From NCBI GenBank assembly GCA_963790475.1, contig CAWBOS010000015.1, positions 384,001 through 448,000 on the forward strand: a stretch of DNA of 64,000 bases, in the 5' to 3' direction. The position numbers and the translations under genes were made by a program. This stretch comes from an uncultured delta proteobacterium (lineage in GTDB: Bacteria; Desulfobacterota; RBG-13-43-22). The notes under the pieces are model-generated. The model ran no database searches and had not been told where the DNA came from. It saw only the letters and a list, made by a program, of their open reading frames with translations. Below, piece after piece: positions 20,484 through 30,391 of this stretch (positions within the stretch are counted from its first letter, which is position 1; every line of letters begins with the position of its first letter).

Positions 20484-21716
20484 TTATTGACCTCCGTTTT
20501 CGTAACCATAATATTTCTTCCACCAGGTTTTCAGCAAACGGCTGGAAAAATCGTATTGGCCTTCCTTGACCTCTTCGATATAGAAATCACTTTGAAGGTA
20601 CAAGATAAGACGCTGAAAGGCCTGATTCAGGAAATGGCCCGTTCGTCCCCCTGATTTTTTTTCCTCCACCTGCCGATAGAGGTCTCTGAGCGTCTCCCGG
20701 GAAATGCCGTCAGCACTTAAAGAAAGTCTATTTAATAGATAACAGGCCGCTTCTCGGTCTTCAGGCGGATAATGGCAGTCTATGCGTGAACGGTAATGCT
20801 GGAGTTTGTCCCTGGCCATCTCGCCGAGCAGGGTCTTGTTGAAAACATCCGTTACGGTGCCCATTGAAATCGGCTCAGACCGGTTTCGTTTCCATTGGCG
20901 GTATAACTCCTGGGTAAGCATTTGCAGAAAGAGAGGAATCGGGGAACCGAGTAATTCGATAATGCGAGGCACCACCGTTTCATCAAACCGAACCTTGTTT
21001 TTCTTGAACATGCCGGTAACAAATTTTTCCACTTCAATCGGGCTGAACGGCAAGAGAGGTTCGATTTTGAGATCATTGATCAGCTTCACCTTTCCCTGTT
21101 GGTCAAGGGAGGCTGTTAGATTAACGGATCCGCCGATAAGCCAGCGGACATTGGCTTCTAAAGACCTTTCTCTGATTTTCCTGAACCAGTGCAGAAAAGT
21201 TTCATATTCCGCGGCGGAATGAGCCAGCATACCAGAGAGCATATCGGGGAGTTCATCGATAATGAACAGGATCTTGCGGTTTGAATCGATGACCCGGTCT
21301 ACCAATTGGGTGGCCCGTTCCTTCCATTTTTCATTCAGATCTTCACTCTTGCGCAGTTCAATTTTAAAATCGGATACTTCAATTTTTTGGATTTTTGAAA
21401 AAACCCTAGAGAGATAATCCCAGCCTTTTGCTAGAGTATCCCGCAAGTATTCCGGTTGATGTTCCTGTATAGCGTCTACTAAGGTGATGAAAAAATCACC
21501 GGGTGTTTTAAGGTCCTCCACGTTGAGGTGAACAACCAGCCATCCCTTTTTGGGGCAGTCCAACATCCTGTACATCACACTGGTCTTTCCTATCCTCCGG
21601 GGGGCTAACAAGAGAACATTGTGTTTTTTTAATGAGCTCCATAAATTTTCAAGTAGTTCCCTTCGAAATAAGAAATCCCCTTCCCTGGCAACGCTTCCAA
21701 CAATGAAATCAGCCAT
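20484..21716 (-). CDS. STAND-like/archaeal-ATPase-type P-loop protein with C-terminal winged helix
   Basis: FLFRRE N-terminal motif, Walker A APRRIGKTS, Walker B LFIIDELP, GGS sensor, GSPIPLFLQ, C-terminal LQSDFYI..YDFSSRLLKTWWKK. Confidence 0.85.
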   Translation of the reverse strand: MADFIVGSVAREGDFLFRRELLENLWSSLKKHNVLLLAPRRIGKTSVMYRMLDCPKKGWLVVHLNVEDLKTPGDFFITLVDAIQEHQPEYLRDTLAKGWDYLSRVFSKIQKIEVSDFKIELRKSEDLNEKWKERATQLVDRVIDSNRKILFIIDELPDMLSGMLAHSAAEYETFLHWFRKIRERSLEANVRWLIGGSVNLTASLDQQGKVKLINDLKIEPLLPFSPIEVEKFVTGMFKKNKVRFDETVVPRIIELLGSPIPLFLQMLTQELYRQWKRNRSEPISMGTVTDVFNKTLLGEMARDKLQHYRSRIDCHYPPEDREAACYLLNRLSLSADGISRETLRDLYRQVEEKKSGGRTGHFLNQAFQRLILYLQSDFYIEEVKEGQYDFSSRLLKTWWKKYYGYENGGQ

Positions 21717-21763
21717 GGAGCCCTCCTTATTTATAAAACTTATTTGTTGTACAACTTAACAGT

Positions 21764-21791
21764 ATTATAATTAACAGGAAATTTATGTCAA
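21764..21791 (-). promoter_or_regulatory. Near-consensus sigma70 promoter of the ATPase pair
   Basis: Minus strand TTGACA(21791-86)-N16-TATAAT(21769-64); flanked by TTGTTGTA(C/A)AAC elements at ~21744 and ~21811. Confidence 0.6.
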
Positions 21792-21928
21792 TAAAAAAAA
21801 TAAAACAATATTGTTGTAAAACAATTTAGACTTATATTTATTTTGATTTGGCTTAAAAGATAATAAACTGTAGGAGTTATATCAGGTTAGCTTATGTTGG
21901 GTTGGGTATGAGATCAATCCATCTTGGC

Positions 21929-21973
21929 AAAAAAAATCCCCTGTCTCTCCAAAATCGGAGGGACAGGGGATTT
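21929..21973 (-). terminator. Rho-independent terminator of the dnaK operon
   Basis: Stem AAATCCCCTGTCTCTCC / GGAGGGACAGGGGATTT followed by a U-tract on the minus strand. Confidence 0.8.
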
Positions 21974-22000
21974 AACTGATTAACGGTTACTCAGAATTAT

Positions 22001-23908
22001 TTATTTCACTTCTTCAAAGTCAGCATCGACCACGTCGTCATCAGGCTTCTTTCCGCCGGATGGACCGGCTTCGGGCCCCGGACCGGCGCCAGGTCCTTGC
22101 TGACTGGCCTGGGAATACATCTTTTCGGCCAGCTTGTGCGAGGTCTGGGTCAGTTCATCGGTCAGCCTCTGGATCTCTCCGGCATCGCTGCCTTCCATGG
22201 CTTTCTTCAAGCGCTCAATGACTGAGTCGATATCCGATTTCAGGGAACTCTCCACCTTGTCCCCCAGATCCTTGACGGTTTTTTCCGTCGAATAGATCAG
22301 GGTATCGGCATGGTTTCGGGCTTCAGCCAGTTCCTTTTTCTTTTTATCTTCTTCCGAGTGCATCTCGGCATCCTTGACCAGACGTTTGATCTCTTCTTCG
22401 CTCAAGCCGCTGGAGGCCGTGATCTTGATGGACTGCTCCTTGCCGGTCCCCAGATCCTTGGCCGAAACATGGACGATCCCGTTGGCATCGATATCAAAAG
22501 TAACCTCGATCTGCGGCAGGCCCCGGGGGGCCGGCGGAATACCGGTCAATTCGAAGCGGCCGAGGGTCTTGTTGTCGGCCGCCATTTCCCGTTCGCCCTG
22601 GAGGACATGGATGGAAACGGCCGGCTGATTATCGGCGGCTGTGGAAAAGGTCTGGCTTTTCCGGGTCGGGATGGTGGTGTTCTTCTCAATCAGTTTGGTA
22701 TGAACACCGCCCAGGGTCTCGATCCCCAGAGACAAGGGGGTCACGTCCAAAAGCAGAACGTCTTTCACGTCCCCTTTTAATACCCCGGCCTGAATACCGG
22801 CCCCGATGGCCACCACTTCATCGGGATTCACGCCCTTGTGCGGTTCACGTCCGAAGAGCTCCTTGACCTTTTGTTGGACCTTCGGCATCCGGGTCATTCC
22901 GCCTACCAGGATGACTTCCTGGATCTGATCAATCGACAATCCGGCGTCTTTTAAAGCCATTCGGCAGGGACCGGCCACTTTTTCCACCAGGTCTTCCACC
23001 AGCATTTCCAGCTTGGCCCGGGACAGCTTGATGTTCAGATGCTTGGGACCGCTGGCATCGGCGGTGATAAAGGGCAGGTTGATATCTGTTTCCATGGCCG
23101 TGGACAGCTCCATCTTGGCCTTTTCCGCTGCCTCTTTCAGGCGCTGGAGGGCCATTTTGTCGCTCCGCAAATCGATGCCCTGGTCCTTGCGGAACTCCGC
23201 CGCCAGATAATCAATGACCCGCAAGTCGAAATCTTCCCCACCCAGGTGGGTATCCCCATTGGTGGATTTGACTTCAAAAACCCCTTCTCCGATTTCAAGA
23301 ATGGAAATATCAAAAGTTCCGCCGCCCAAATCAAAGACGGCGATCTTCTCGTCCTTCTTTTTATCCAGGCCATAAGCCAGGGCGGCCGCCGTCGGTTCGT
23401 TAATGATCCGCTGGACATTCAATCCGGCAATGCGGCCGGCGTCCTTGGTGGCCTGCCGCTGGCTGTCATTAAAATAGGCCGGCACGGTGATTACAGCGTC
23501 GGTGACCTTTTCACCCAGATATTCTTCCGCCGTTTGCTTCATCTTGACCAGGATCATGGAAGAAATCTCGGCCGGGCTGTATTCCTTGCCTTGAATCATG
23601 ATGTGGGCATCGCCGTTGGCGGCCTTAACGATCTTGTAGGGAAGGATATGGATATCGCCCTGGACTTCCGGGGTATCATATTTACGCCCGATCAGCCGCT
23701 TAACGGCATAGACCGTGTTGGTCGGATTGGTTATGGCCTGCCGTTTGGCGACCTGACCGACCAGCCGTTCGTTGTTGTCCGTTACGGAAACCACCGAAGG
23801 GGTTGTGCGGCTCCCTTCCACGTTCGCAATTACCTTCGGGTCTCCACCCTCCATGATAGCCACACACGAATTGGTGGTCCCCAAATCAATTCCAATAATT
23901 TTACTCAT
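22001..23908 (-). CDS. dnaK: Molecular chaperone DnaK
   Basis: [51 protein letters not shown]-terminus. Confidence 0.99.
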   Translation of the reverse strand: MSKIIGIDLGTTNSCVAIMEGGDPKVIANVEGSRTTPSVVSVTDNNERLVGQVAKRQAITNPTNTVYAVKRLIGRKYDTPEVQGDIHILPYKIVKAANGDAHIMIQGKEYSPAEISSMILVKMKQTAEEYLGEKVTDAVITVPAYFNDSQRQATKDAGRIAGLNVQRIINEPTAAALAYGLDKKKDEKIAVFDLGGGTFDISILEIGEGVFEVKSTNGDTHLGGEDFDLRVIDYLAAEFRKDQGIDLRSDKMALQRLKEAAEKAKMELSTAMETDINLPFITADASGPKHLNIKLSRAKLEMLVEDLVEKVAGPCRMALKDAGLSIDQIQEVILVGGMTRMPKVQQKVKELFGREPHKGVNPDEVVAIGAGIQAGVLKGDVKDVLLLDVTPLSLGIETLGGVHTKLIEKNTTIPTRKSQTFSTAADNQPAVSIHVLQGEREMAADNKTLGRFELTGIPPAPRGLPQIEVTFDIDANGIVHVSAKDLGTGKEQSIKITASSGLSEEEIKRLVKDAEMHSEEDKKKKELAEARNHADTLIYSTEKTVKDLGDKVESSLKSDIDSVIERLKKAMEGSDAGEIQRLTDELTQTSHKLAEKMYSQASQQGPGAGPGPEAGPSGGKKPDDDVVDADFEEVK

Positions 23909-24036
23909 AATCTCCTCCTTATAATTTTATCAATCTACTAAATATCTAAACAGGGAGACAAAAATCTGTTGTTTTTCAATCATCCTGTATGTTTTGCCTT
24001 TTTTATACCCGGTCAGGCCCGACCTCTTTTTTAAGA

Positions 24037-24624
24037 TCAGGATTCGGGATCTTCATCAGGGTTCAGTTCCGGTTTTTTGGAAACAACCACCATAGCCGGA
24101 CGAACTAAACGGTTATGTAAACGGTAACCGATTTGCAACTGAGAAATAACCTGGCCGGCCGGTTTTTGGGCATCCTCCTGAACCATGACCGCCTCATGAT
24201 GGTTGGGGTCAAATTCTTCCCCCATAGCCTCGATGCGGGTGATTCCGTATTTTTCCAGGACCGTCCAAAATGATTTGTGGGTCAATTCGACCCCATCGAG
24301 AAGGGCCTTGAGGTTCCCGGATTCCCGGCCGTGCTCCAGAGCCCGTTCCAGATTGTCCAGCACCGGCAGCAGGTCTTTCAATATATTTTCATTGGCGAAT
24401 TTGTAAGTCTCACCTTTTTCTTTTTCCACCCTCTTTTTATAATTTTCCAACTCGGCGGAAAGTCGAAGATAGCGGTCATAATTTTCCTGGGCTTCTTTTT
24501 CTTTTTCCTTAAACCTGGCTTCCCAATCGGTTTTTTCTTCTTTTCCGGCCTTGGGTTTTATTTCCTCATCGGCCCCTGAAGATTTGGGCCGGGAATGTTC
24601 TTCTGTCACTTTAATATGGGTCAA
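24037..24624 (-). CDS. grpE: Nucleotide exchange factor GrpE
   Basis: YLRLSAELENYKKR, LLPVLDNLERAL, FDPNHHEAV, GYRLHNRLVRPAMVVV; TTG start. Confidence 0.97.
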   Translation of the reverse strand: MTHIKVTEEHSRPKSSGADEEIKPKAGKEEKTDWEARFKEKEKEAQENYDRYLRLSAELENYKKRVEKEKGETYKFANENILKDLLPVLDNLERALEHGRESGNLKALLDGVELTHKSFWTVLEKYGITRIEAMGEEFDPNHHEAVMVQEDAQKPAGQVISQLQIGYRLHNRLVRPAMVVVSKKPELNPDEDPES

Positions 24625-24698
24625 ATGGTTTACCTCTCTACTATAAATATTTTCCTAATTTAAGCAGCCTAATCATTCGCGGAATTCGCTGTTAATAA

Positions 24699-25736
24699 TC
24701 AAATCTTGTTTTCCAGGATCCGGCTGATGACCCTGGCCGTATAGTCTACGATCGGTATCACCCGATCGTAGTTCATCCGGGTCGGACCGATCACGCCCAG
24801 AGTGCCGATAGGATATTCCCCTTTGGTGTAGGCAGAGGTAATCACGCTGCACCCCTCCATTTCATTGATCTGGGTTTCCGAGCCGATAAAAATCTGAATT
24901 CCGATGGCGTTGATGCTTTTTTCCAATAAGCGTATTAATATATTTTTCTCTTCAAAGGCCCTGAAAAGGTCCCGTAATATTTTGATCTGACTGAATTCCG
25001 GATACTGCATCAGGTTGGTCCGGCCTTCGATATACACTTCCCCAATCGATTCTTCTTGGAAGGCCTGGTTGGAAATTTCCAGGGCCCTGGACAACAAGGC
25101 ATCAAAGTCATCCTTGTCTTTTTTCATTTCCTCCAGGACCTTTTGTTTGAGCTGATCCAGGGTCAGGTCACAAAGTAATTCATTGAGATACTGGGTCAGC
25201 CGGTCCAGTTCAACCTGAGAAAGGTTGTCTTCGATTTCAATGAGTTTATTCTGAACCAGTCCTGCCTGGGTAACCAGGACCATTAAAACCAGATTTTCCC
25301 TCAATCGAATGAATTCTATATGTTTAAAAATCGTAACCGAGGACTTGGGCCGGGAAACAATCGCCGCCTGTTCGGTGACCACGGCCAGCATCCGGGAAGT
25401 GGTTTTTAACAGTTCCTCCACTTCTTGGCTGCTTTCCAATAAGTAATTTTCGATCCTTCGCTTTTCCGAATCGGCTAAAGGACGCAACTCCAGGATAGAG
25501 TTGACATAAAAGCGCAGTCCATTCTCCGTCGGCACTCTGCCGGCTGATACATGGGGTTGAGTGATCAACCCAATGTCTTCCAGATCGGACATAATATTTC
25601 TTATAGTGGCCGGACTTAGATGGATATCGCTTCTTTTGGATATCGCCCGGGACCCAACCGGTTCGGCTGTTTCTATATAATCCCTGACAATGGCATCCAA
25701 AATAGTCCGGTTTCTTTGGTTCAGGACTATGCTCAT
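24699..25736 (-). CDS. hrcA: Heat-inducible transcription repressor HrcA
   Basis: YIETAEPVGSRAI, LSPATIRNIMSDLE, QPHVSAGRVPT, GVIGPTRMNY. Confidence 0.97.
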   Translation of the reverse strand: MSIVLNQRNRTILDAIVRDYIETAEPVGSRAISKRSDIHLSPATIRNIMSDLEDIGLITQPHVSAGRVPTENGLRFYVNSILELRPLADSEKRRIENYLLESSQEVEELLKTTSRMLAVVTEQAAIVSRPKSSVTIFKHIEFIRLRENLVLMVLVTQAGLVQNKLIEIEDNLSQVELDRLTQYLNELLCDLTLDQLKQKVLEEMKKDKDDFDALLSRALEISNQAFQEESIGEVYIEGRTNLMQYPEFSQIKILRDLFRAFEEKNILIRLLEKSINAIGIQIFIGSETQINEMEGCSVITSAYTKGEYPIGTLGVIGPTRMNYDRVIPIVDYTARVISRILENKI

Positions 25737-25794
25737 ATATAAACAGGTATTATCCCTGAAAATTATTCAATTATTGAGGTAAAAGTGTAACCTA

Positions 25795-25823
25795 AATCTA
25801 ATTACCGCTTGAGCCTTTGTCAA
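25795..25823 (-). promoter_or_regulatory. Sigma70 promoter of hrcA-grpE-dnaK
   Basis: Minus strand TTGACA(25823-18)-N17-TAGATT(25800-795). Confidence 0.6.
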
Positions 25824-25900
25824 GCCAAACGGATTAAAAATAGGGGAATTAGGAGGCTCCCGGCCGTTTTTCTAGTAGGGCTTTTTCCGGGCCCTGGGGA

Positions 25901-26653
25901 TTATATGGTTGACCCTCCATCAACGGCCAGGACCTGGCCGGTGACATAACTGGAAGCATCCGAGGCCAGGAAAATAACGGCCCCCACCATTTCTTCCGGA
26001 TCGGCTATCCGTCCCATCGGATTTCTGCCGGTCACCGCCTTCAGGATTTCCGGATTACTCCAAAGGGGTTGGCTGAAGCCGGTTTTGGTCATGCCCGGGG
26101 CTACGACGTTGGCCCGGATATTATAGGGAGCCCATTGCTGAGCCATGACCTTGGTGGCCATGATCACCCCGGCCTTACTGATGGAGTATATCGGCAATAT
26201 ATCAGGGCTGATTCCGGCAATGGAGGCAATATTGATGATTTTGCCCCCACCCTTTTCCTTCATTACCCTGGCCACTGCCTGGCTAAGGAAAAACAAACCC
26301 TTAAGATTCAGATTCATAACCGAATCCCAGGCCCGGTCATCTACGTCCAGGGCAGAAGCCATGGTGGGATTCGTGGCGGCATTGTTCACCAGGATATCAA
26401 TCTTCCCAAACTCTTCCTGGACCCTTTTGACCAGATTGTTGATTTCCTCAATCCGGCCTACATGAGCTGCAGTCGGAAGGCATTTTCGTCCTGTTTTTCT
26501 GATCTCCTCGGCCGCTTTTTCCAGATCAGGAAGTTTCCGGCTGGCGATGGCCAGGTCGGCCCCGGCCTCGGCCAATCCCAGGGCAATCGCTTTGCCGATT
26601 CCCCGGCCGGCACCGGTGACCAGGGCAACTTTATTCTTCAATGAAAAATCCAT
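25901..26653 (-). CDS. Short-chain dehydrogenase/reductase (SDR)
   Basis: TGAGRGIG, NNAA, YSISK (YxxxK). Confidence 0.93.
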   Translation of the reverse strand: MDFSLKNKVALVTGAGRGIGKAIALGLAEAGADLAIASRKLPDLEKAAEEIRKTGRKCLPTAAHVGRIEEINNLVKRVQEEFGKIDILVNNAATNPTMASALDVDDRAWDSVMNLNLKGLFFLSQAVARVMKEKGGGKIINIASIAGISPDILPIYSISKAGVIMATKVMAQQWAPYNIRANVVAPGMTKTGFSQPLWSNPEILKAVTGRNPMGRIADPEEMVGAVIFLASDASSYVTGQVLAVDGGSTI

Positions 26654-26918
26654 TTTTCTTACCTCCCTTGAAGGAATTTCCCTTTTTAAAAGAAAGGAGT
26701 ATAAAACAAAAAAGAAACAGGGGTCAAGGAGAATAAAAGAACTGGCCCCTTCACTTTTCTCCTGCTATCAAAACCAAGAGGAACTTCTTACGAGTTGCCA
26801 ACCCTCAGACTCCAGACAACTTTTTTGGAAGGAATTTTTTTTAAACATTTTTTTCTTGCTAATTTATTCTCAGGACATAGAATTCGGATAAAATAAAAAA
26901 ATCTTTGGAGGTTTGACC

Positions 26919-27728
26919 ATGTTTGATCTATCCAGGTTTTCACTAACAGGTAAAACGGCGATTGTGACCGGCGGCAGTCGCGGCATCGGCAAAGCCATTG
27001 CCCAGGGGTTTGCCAAGGCCGGGGCCAGGGTTGCCGTCACCAGCCGTAAGATTAACGATCTGGAAACGACCGCTGCGGAAATTAAGGCCTTTGGAGGAGA
27101 GGCCTTCCCCATTCAGGCCCATCTGGGCAAGATAGAAGAAATCAATAAAATGGTCGACACCGTGATGGGTAAGTTCGGAAGAATCGATATCCTGGTCAAC
27201 AATGCCGGGGCCAGCCCGGCCATGGGTAGTGTGCTGGAATCTGATGAGCGCCTCTGGGACACCATCATGAACCTGAACATGAAAGGTCTTTATTTCACCA
27301 GCCAGGCGGTGGCCAGGGTCATGAAGAAACAAGGGGGTGGAAAAATCATCAACTTCGCTTCCATCGACGGCTTCAGCCCGGAACGCAATGTGAGCGTTTA
27401 TAGTATTTCCAAAGCGGGCGTCCGCATGATAACCAAGGCCTTTGCCTTGGAATTGGCCCCCTTTAATATCCAGGTGAATGCCATCGCTCCCGGACCGATC
27501 AGCACCAAGATGTTAAATTCCCATTGGTTCCACCTCCCCCCGGAAGAGGCCAAAAAGGGGCAGGAGGCCATGGCCAGGATGACCCCCATGGGACGTATCG
27601 GCCAACCGGACGAAATAGTCGGAGCGGCGGTTTACCTGGCTTCCGATGCTTCCAGCTACACTACCGGGACTGAAATTGTTATCGACGGCGGGGTGTTGCA
27701 AGGCAAAGGCCTGGAGCCTACCGGTTGA
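26919..27728 (+). CDS. Short-chain dehydrogenase/reductase (SDR), paralog of the divergent neighbour
   Basis: TGGSRGIG, NNAG, YSISK; RBS GGAGG before ATG 26919. Confidence 0.93.
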   Translation: MFDLSRFSLTGKTAIVTGGSRGIGKAIAQGFAKAGARVAVTSRKINDLETTAAEIKAFGGEAFPIQAHLGKIEEINKMVDTVMGKFGRIDILVNNAGASPAMGSVLESDERLWDTIMNLNMKGLYFTSQAVARVMKKQGGGKIINFASIDGFSPERNVSVYSISKAGVRMITKAFALELAPFNIQVNAIAPGPISTKMLNSHWFHLPPEEAKKGQEAMARMTPMGRIGQPDEIVGAAVYLASDASSYTTGTEIVIDGGVLQGKGLEPTG

Positions 27729-27931
27729 TCAAAGCTTACGCCATTAAGGGTTTAATAAACGTCTTGTCAGGCAAATTAAGGACTTGCACCAGATGAGGCC
27801 GGGAGTGGTTTTTCGGAGGATGTCCACCTTCCAGCCATAGACTTCTTCAATGTCGAGGATTATGTTGGGATTGACTATCGCCTTGTCCTTCGATATTATT
27901 ATGAATATTTTCACCAGGAAAGCCAAGTCCT

Positions 27932-28630
27932 TTGTCCTTAATTCTTTCAAATTCTCATGTTATCCTGAACAAAACCTCCGTCTCCTGGATAGGGATCGAG
28001 CCGCTTCAAGAAACTTGTCTGGGTATTGTGATTCTCGAGATAGGAGCCCTCTCCCACAGCGAAGGCCATTTATTCACCCCCCGTGAATTGGAAAAATTCT
28101 TAAAGATGGGACCGCGAAGACAGAGGAGTTTCACCGCCTCCAGAATATCCCTAAAGAATCTTTCCCGCCTCCTTGGTCTGGTCGAAGACAACAGGCTAGA
28201 CCGCACCATTGAAACTCTTGGCCCTGATGGGCAGAGGCCCTGTCTGGTAGACAGCGGGTTAAACTGCTCGGTCTCCCATAATTCCCGATTCGTTGTAGCG
28301 GTCGCCCACCAGCATCCGGTTGGTGTGGATATCGAGGGGGTTTCCGACAGGATCCAAAGGATTCAGCATATTTTTCTATCCCCCGGGGAAAAGCAATTGC
28401 TTTTACGATCAGGTCTTGATTTTCAACTCGCCGCGACCCGGGTCTGGTCAACCAAGGAGGCAGCGGCCAAGGCCTTGGGACTCCATCTTTTTCAGGCTGT
28501 CCGTGAGGTGAAGGTAGTCAAAATTAAAAAAGAAGAAAGTTCAATAAGGGTCCAAGAAAAAACTTACCTGGCCAGGTATAGCCAGGGAGATGGCCAGGTG
28601 ATCGCTCTGGTCACCTGTGATGACCTTTGA
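27932..28630 (+). CDS. 4'-phosphopantetheinyl transferase (Sfp-type)
   Basis: SVSHN, VGVDIE, WSTKEAAAKALG; start uncertain. Confidence 0.82.
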   Translation: MSLILSNSHVILNKTSVSWIGIEPLQETCLGIVILEIGALSHSEGHLFTPRELEKFLKMGPRRQRSFTASRISLKNLSRLLGLVEDNRLDRTIETLGPDGQRPCLVDSGLNCSVSHNSRFVVAVAHQHPVGVDIEGVSDRIQRIQHIFLSPGEKQLLLRSGLDFQLAATRVWSTKEAAAKALGLHLFQAVREVKVVKIKKEESSIRVQEKTYLARYSQGDGQVIALVTCDDL

Positions 28631-28638
28631 GAATCGAC

Positions 28639-30381
28639 TCAGCCATTCGAATCAAAGGCTTGGGGGCTTGAAGGAAGAAAAGCTATGCCCCAGGAACCCG
28701 GACCCATGTGGGCCGCAGAGGTGAGAGAGAGGAGTTGCAAAGAGATTTCCGCCAGAGGAAACCGGCGCTGAATCTCCGGTTTGATCTCCTTTTCCAGCCA
28801 GTCACGATTGTCCGAGTATTCGAGAAGCAGGGTGGATTTCCGATCTTTGGGAAGCTCCTTTTCCAGAGACCGAAGGGCGAATTTCACCTGATCCTGGAGG
28901 CTTCTCACCACTCCCAACTTTCGCGCCCCATCCGGAAAGGGGCTGATAATCGGTTTGATGTTCAGTACATCCCCAAAGAAGGCCCCGGTCTTGGACATGC
29001 GTCCGCCGGCGGCCAGGAAATGCAACTTGTCCAGGAAGATGTATTCCTGCACCTGTTGAATAGCGTTTTTGGCAAAAGCGACAACTTCCTCAGGGTCATT
29101 GACCACCAGGGCCATTTCAGCTGCGGCTTTGGCGACCAGTCCGAGTTTCCCCGAGGCCACCCCCGTATCAATCACCGTCATCCGGTCTTCGGGGTCATTC
29201 TCGGACTTCCATTTCGTGACCGCCTCATAATTCCCGGTATAAAAGGAGCCTACACAAAGATAAAGGACCCGGTTGTGGACTTTCATGACCTTATGATAGC
29301 ATTCCCTCCGCTCCGCGTCCGAGGCCTGGCTTGTGGAAACCTTAGCACCGCCCCTCATGGCCATAAAGAGCTGGGATGAATCCACATAGGTTTCAGGGAG
29401 GCAGAGAAGATCCATGGTGATGTAACTATTAAGGAGCGTGATTCCCAGGTCTTGGGCCAGGTCCCGGGTTAGGGAACCGGCGGCATCGGTCATGATGTGG
29501 ATGCACTGGTCCTTCCGGGGTTCAATGAACCGCAAGGTCTGTTGGGATAGATCGTCCTCGGACCAGCTGACGATGGACCCCAGGGCGGCCAGTTCCTGTC
29601 TGGCCCTTTCGCGATCTGAGGCGTGGAGATGTATTTTTAGCCAATCCCCTCCGGGCAGGGCCACCAATGATTCACCCACCTCCGACATTTGCTTCATTAC
29701 CTCTTGGTCCTCCCCTTCAACCTTGAGCACCACATCCAGACAGTAGCCCTGGTAGGGCCGTTCCTGCCAGGTGGAAGAAAAATCGACGGCATCCTTCAGT
29801 TCGTCAATGAAAAGGGAGTGCTCTACCGGCCGGCCGGCCAGGGTATTGAGTAAGGGATCGAGGAAAACCAGCATGCCCAGGGCCCCGGCATCAACCACCC
29901 CGGCTTCCTTAAGTTCGGGCAATTGTTCGGTGGTGGCTCTTACTGTCTCTTCCAAATCGGAAACGACCCCTCTCACCCAGACGCCTGAATCTTCAGGAGG
30001 GGTTTTCTTCAAGGAGGTCACCAGGGTGTCAAAAAGAGAGAGCATGGTCCCCGGTTGAGGATGGGAAACAGCTTGGTAGGCCATATCACGGCCAGTCTCG
30101 GCTGCCGCGCCCAGGGAACCAAGGTCGTTAGTTTGGAGAAAACCGGCCAGGAATCGAGCGGCGATGTTTCCGGAATTGCCTCTGGCCGAAAGCAGGATTT
30201 CATGGATTATCAGATCAGGAGAAGAGGGATTATTCCGTAAGGGGCCCAGGGTGATTACCATATTACGACCCGTATCACCATCGGGCACTGGGTAGACATT
30301 GATCCGGTCCAGGGTATCAGCCCAGGCCACAATCTTTTCATAGCCGGCAGCCAGGGCCTTCATTAGAAAATTATCCGACAT
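28639..30381 (-). CDS. DAK2 (FakA-like) - DegV (FakB-like) fusion, putative fatty acid kinase
   Basis: INVYPVPDGDTGRNM, ARGNSGNI, GVVDAGALG, KIHLHA (FakA-like), then IMTDAAG..VSTSQAS..GGRMSK..AHMGPG (DegV). Confidence 0.88.
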   Translation of the reverse strand: MSDNFLMKALAAGYEKIVAWADTLDRINVYPVPDGDTGRNMVITLGPLRNNPSSPDLIIHEILLSARGNSGNIAARFLAGFLQTNDLGSLGAAAETGRDMAYQAVSHPQPGTMLSLFDTLVTSLKKTPPEDSGVWVRGVVSDLEETVRATTEQLPELKEAGVVDAGALGMLVFLDPLLNTLAGRPVEHSLFIDELKDAVDFSSTWQERPYQGYCLDVVLKVEGEDQEVMKQMSEVGESLVALPGGDWLKIHLHASDRERARQELAALGSIVSWSEDDLSQQTLRFIEPRKDQCIHIMTDAAGSLTRDLAQDLGITLLNSYITMDLLCLPETYVDSSQLFMAMRGGAKVSTSQASDAERRECYHKVMKVHNRVLYLCVGSFYTGNYEAVTKWKSENDPEDRMTVIDTGVASGKLGLVAKAAAEMALVVNDPEEVVAFAKNAIQQVQEYIFLDKLHFLAAGGRMSKTGAFFGDVLNIKPIISPFPDGARKLGVVRSLQDQVKFALRSLEKELPKDRKSTLLLEYSDNRDWLEKEIKPEIQRRFPLAEISLQLLSLTSAAHMGPGSWGIAFLPSSPQAFDSNG

Positions 30382-30391
30382 GATCAACTCG

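Noticed and set aside
25737-25900. CIRCE operator upstream of hrcA
   Set aside because: No TTAGCACTC-N9-GAGTGCTAA or close variant found by eye.
25901-27728. Assigning the two SDRs as the FabG of the lipid cluster
   Set aside because: They lack the typical FabG GQxNYxAxK context and are divergent paralogs outside the cluster's transcription units; adjacency alone is insufficient.
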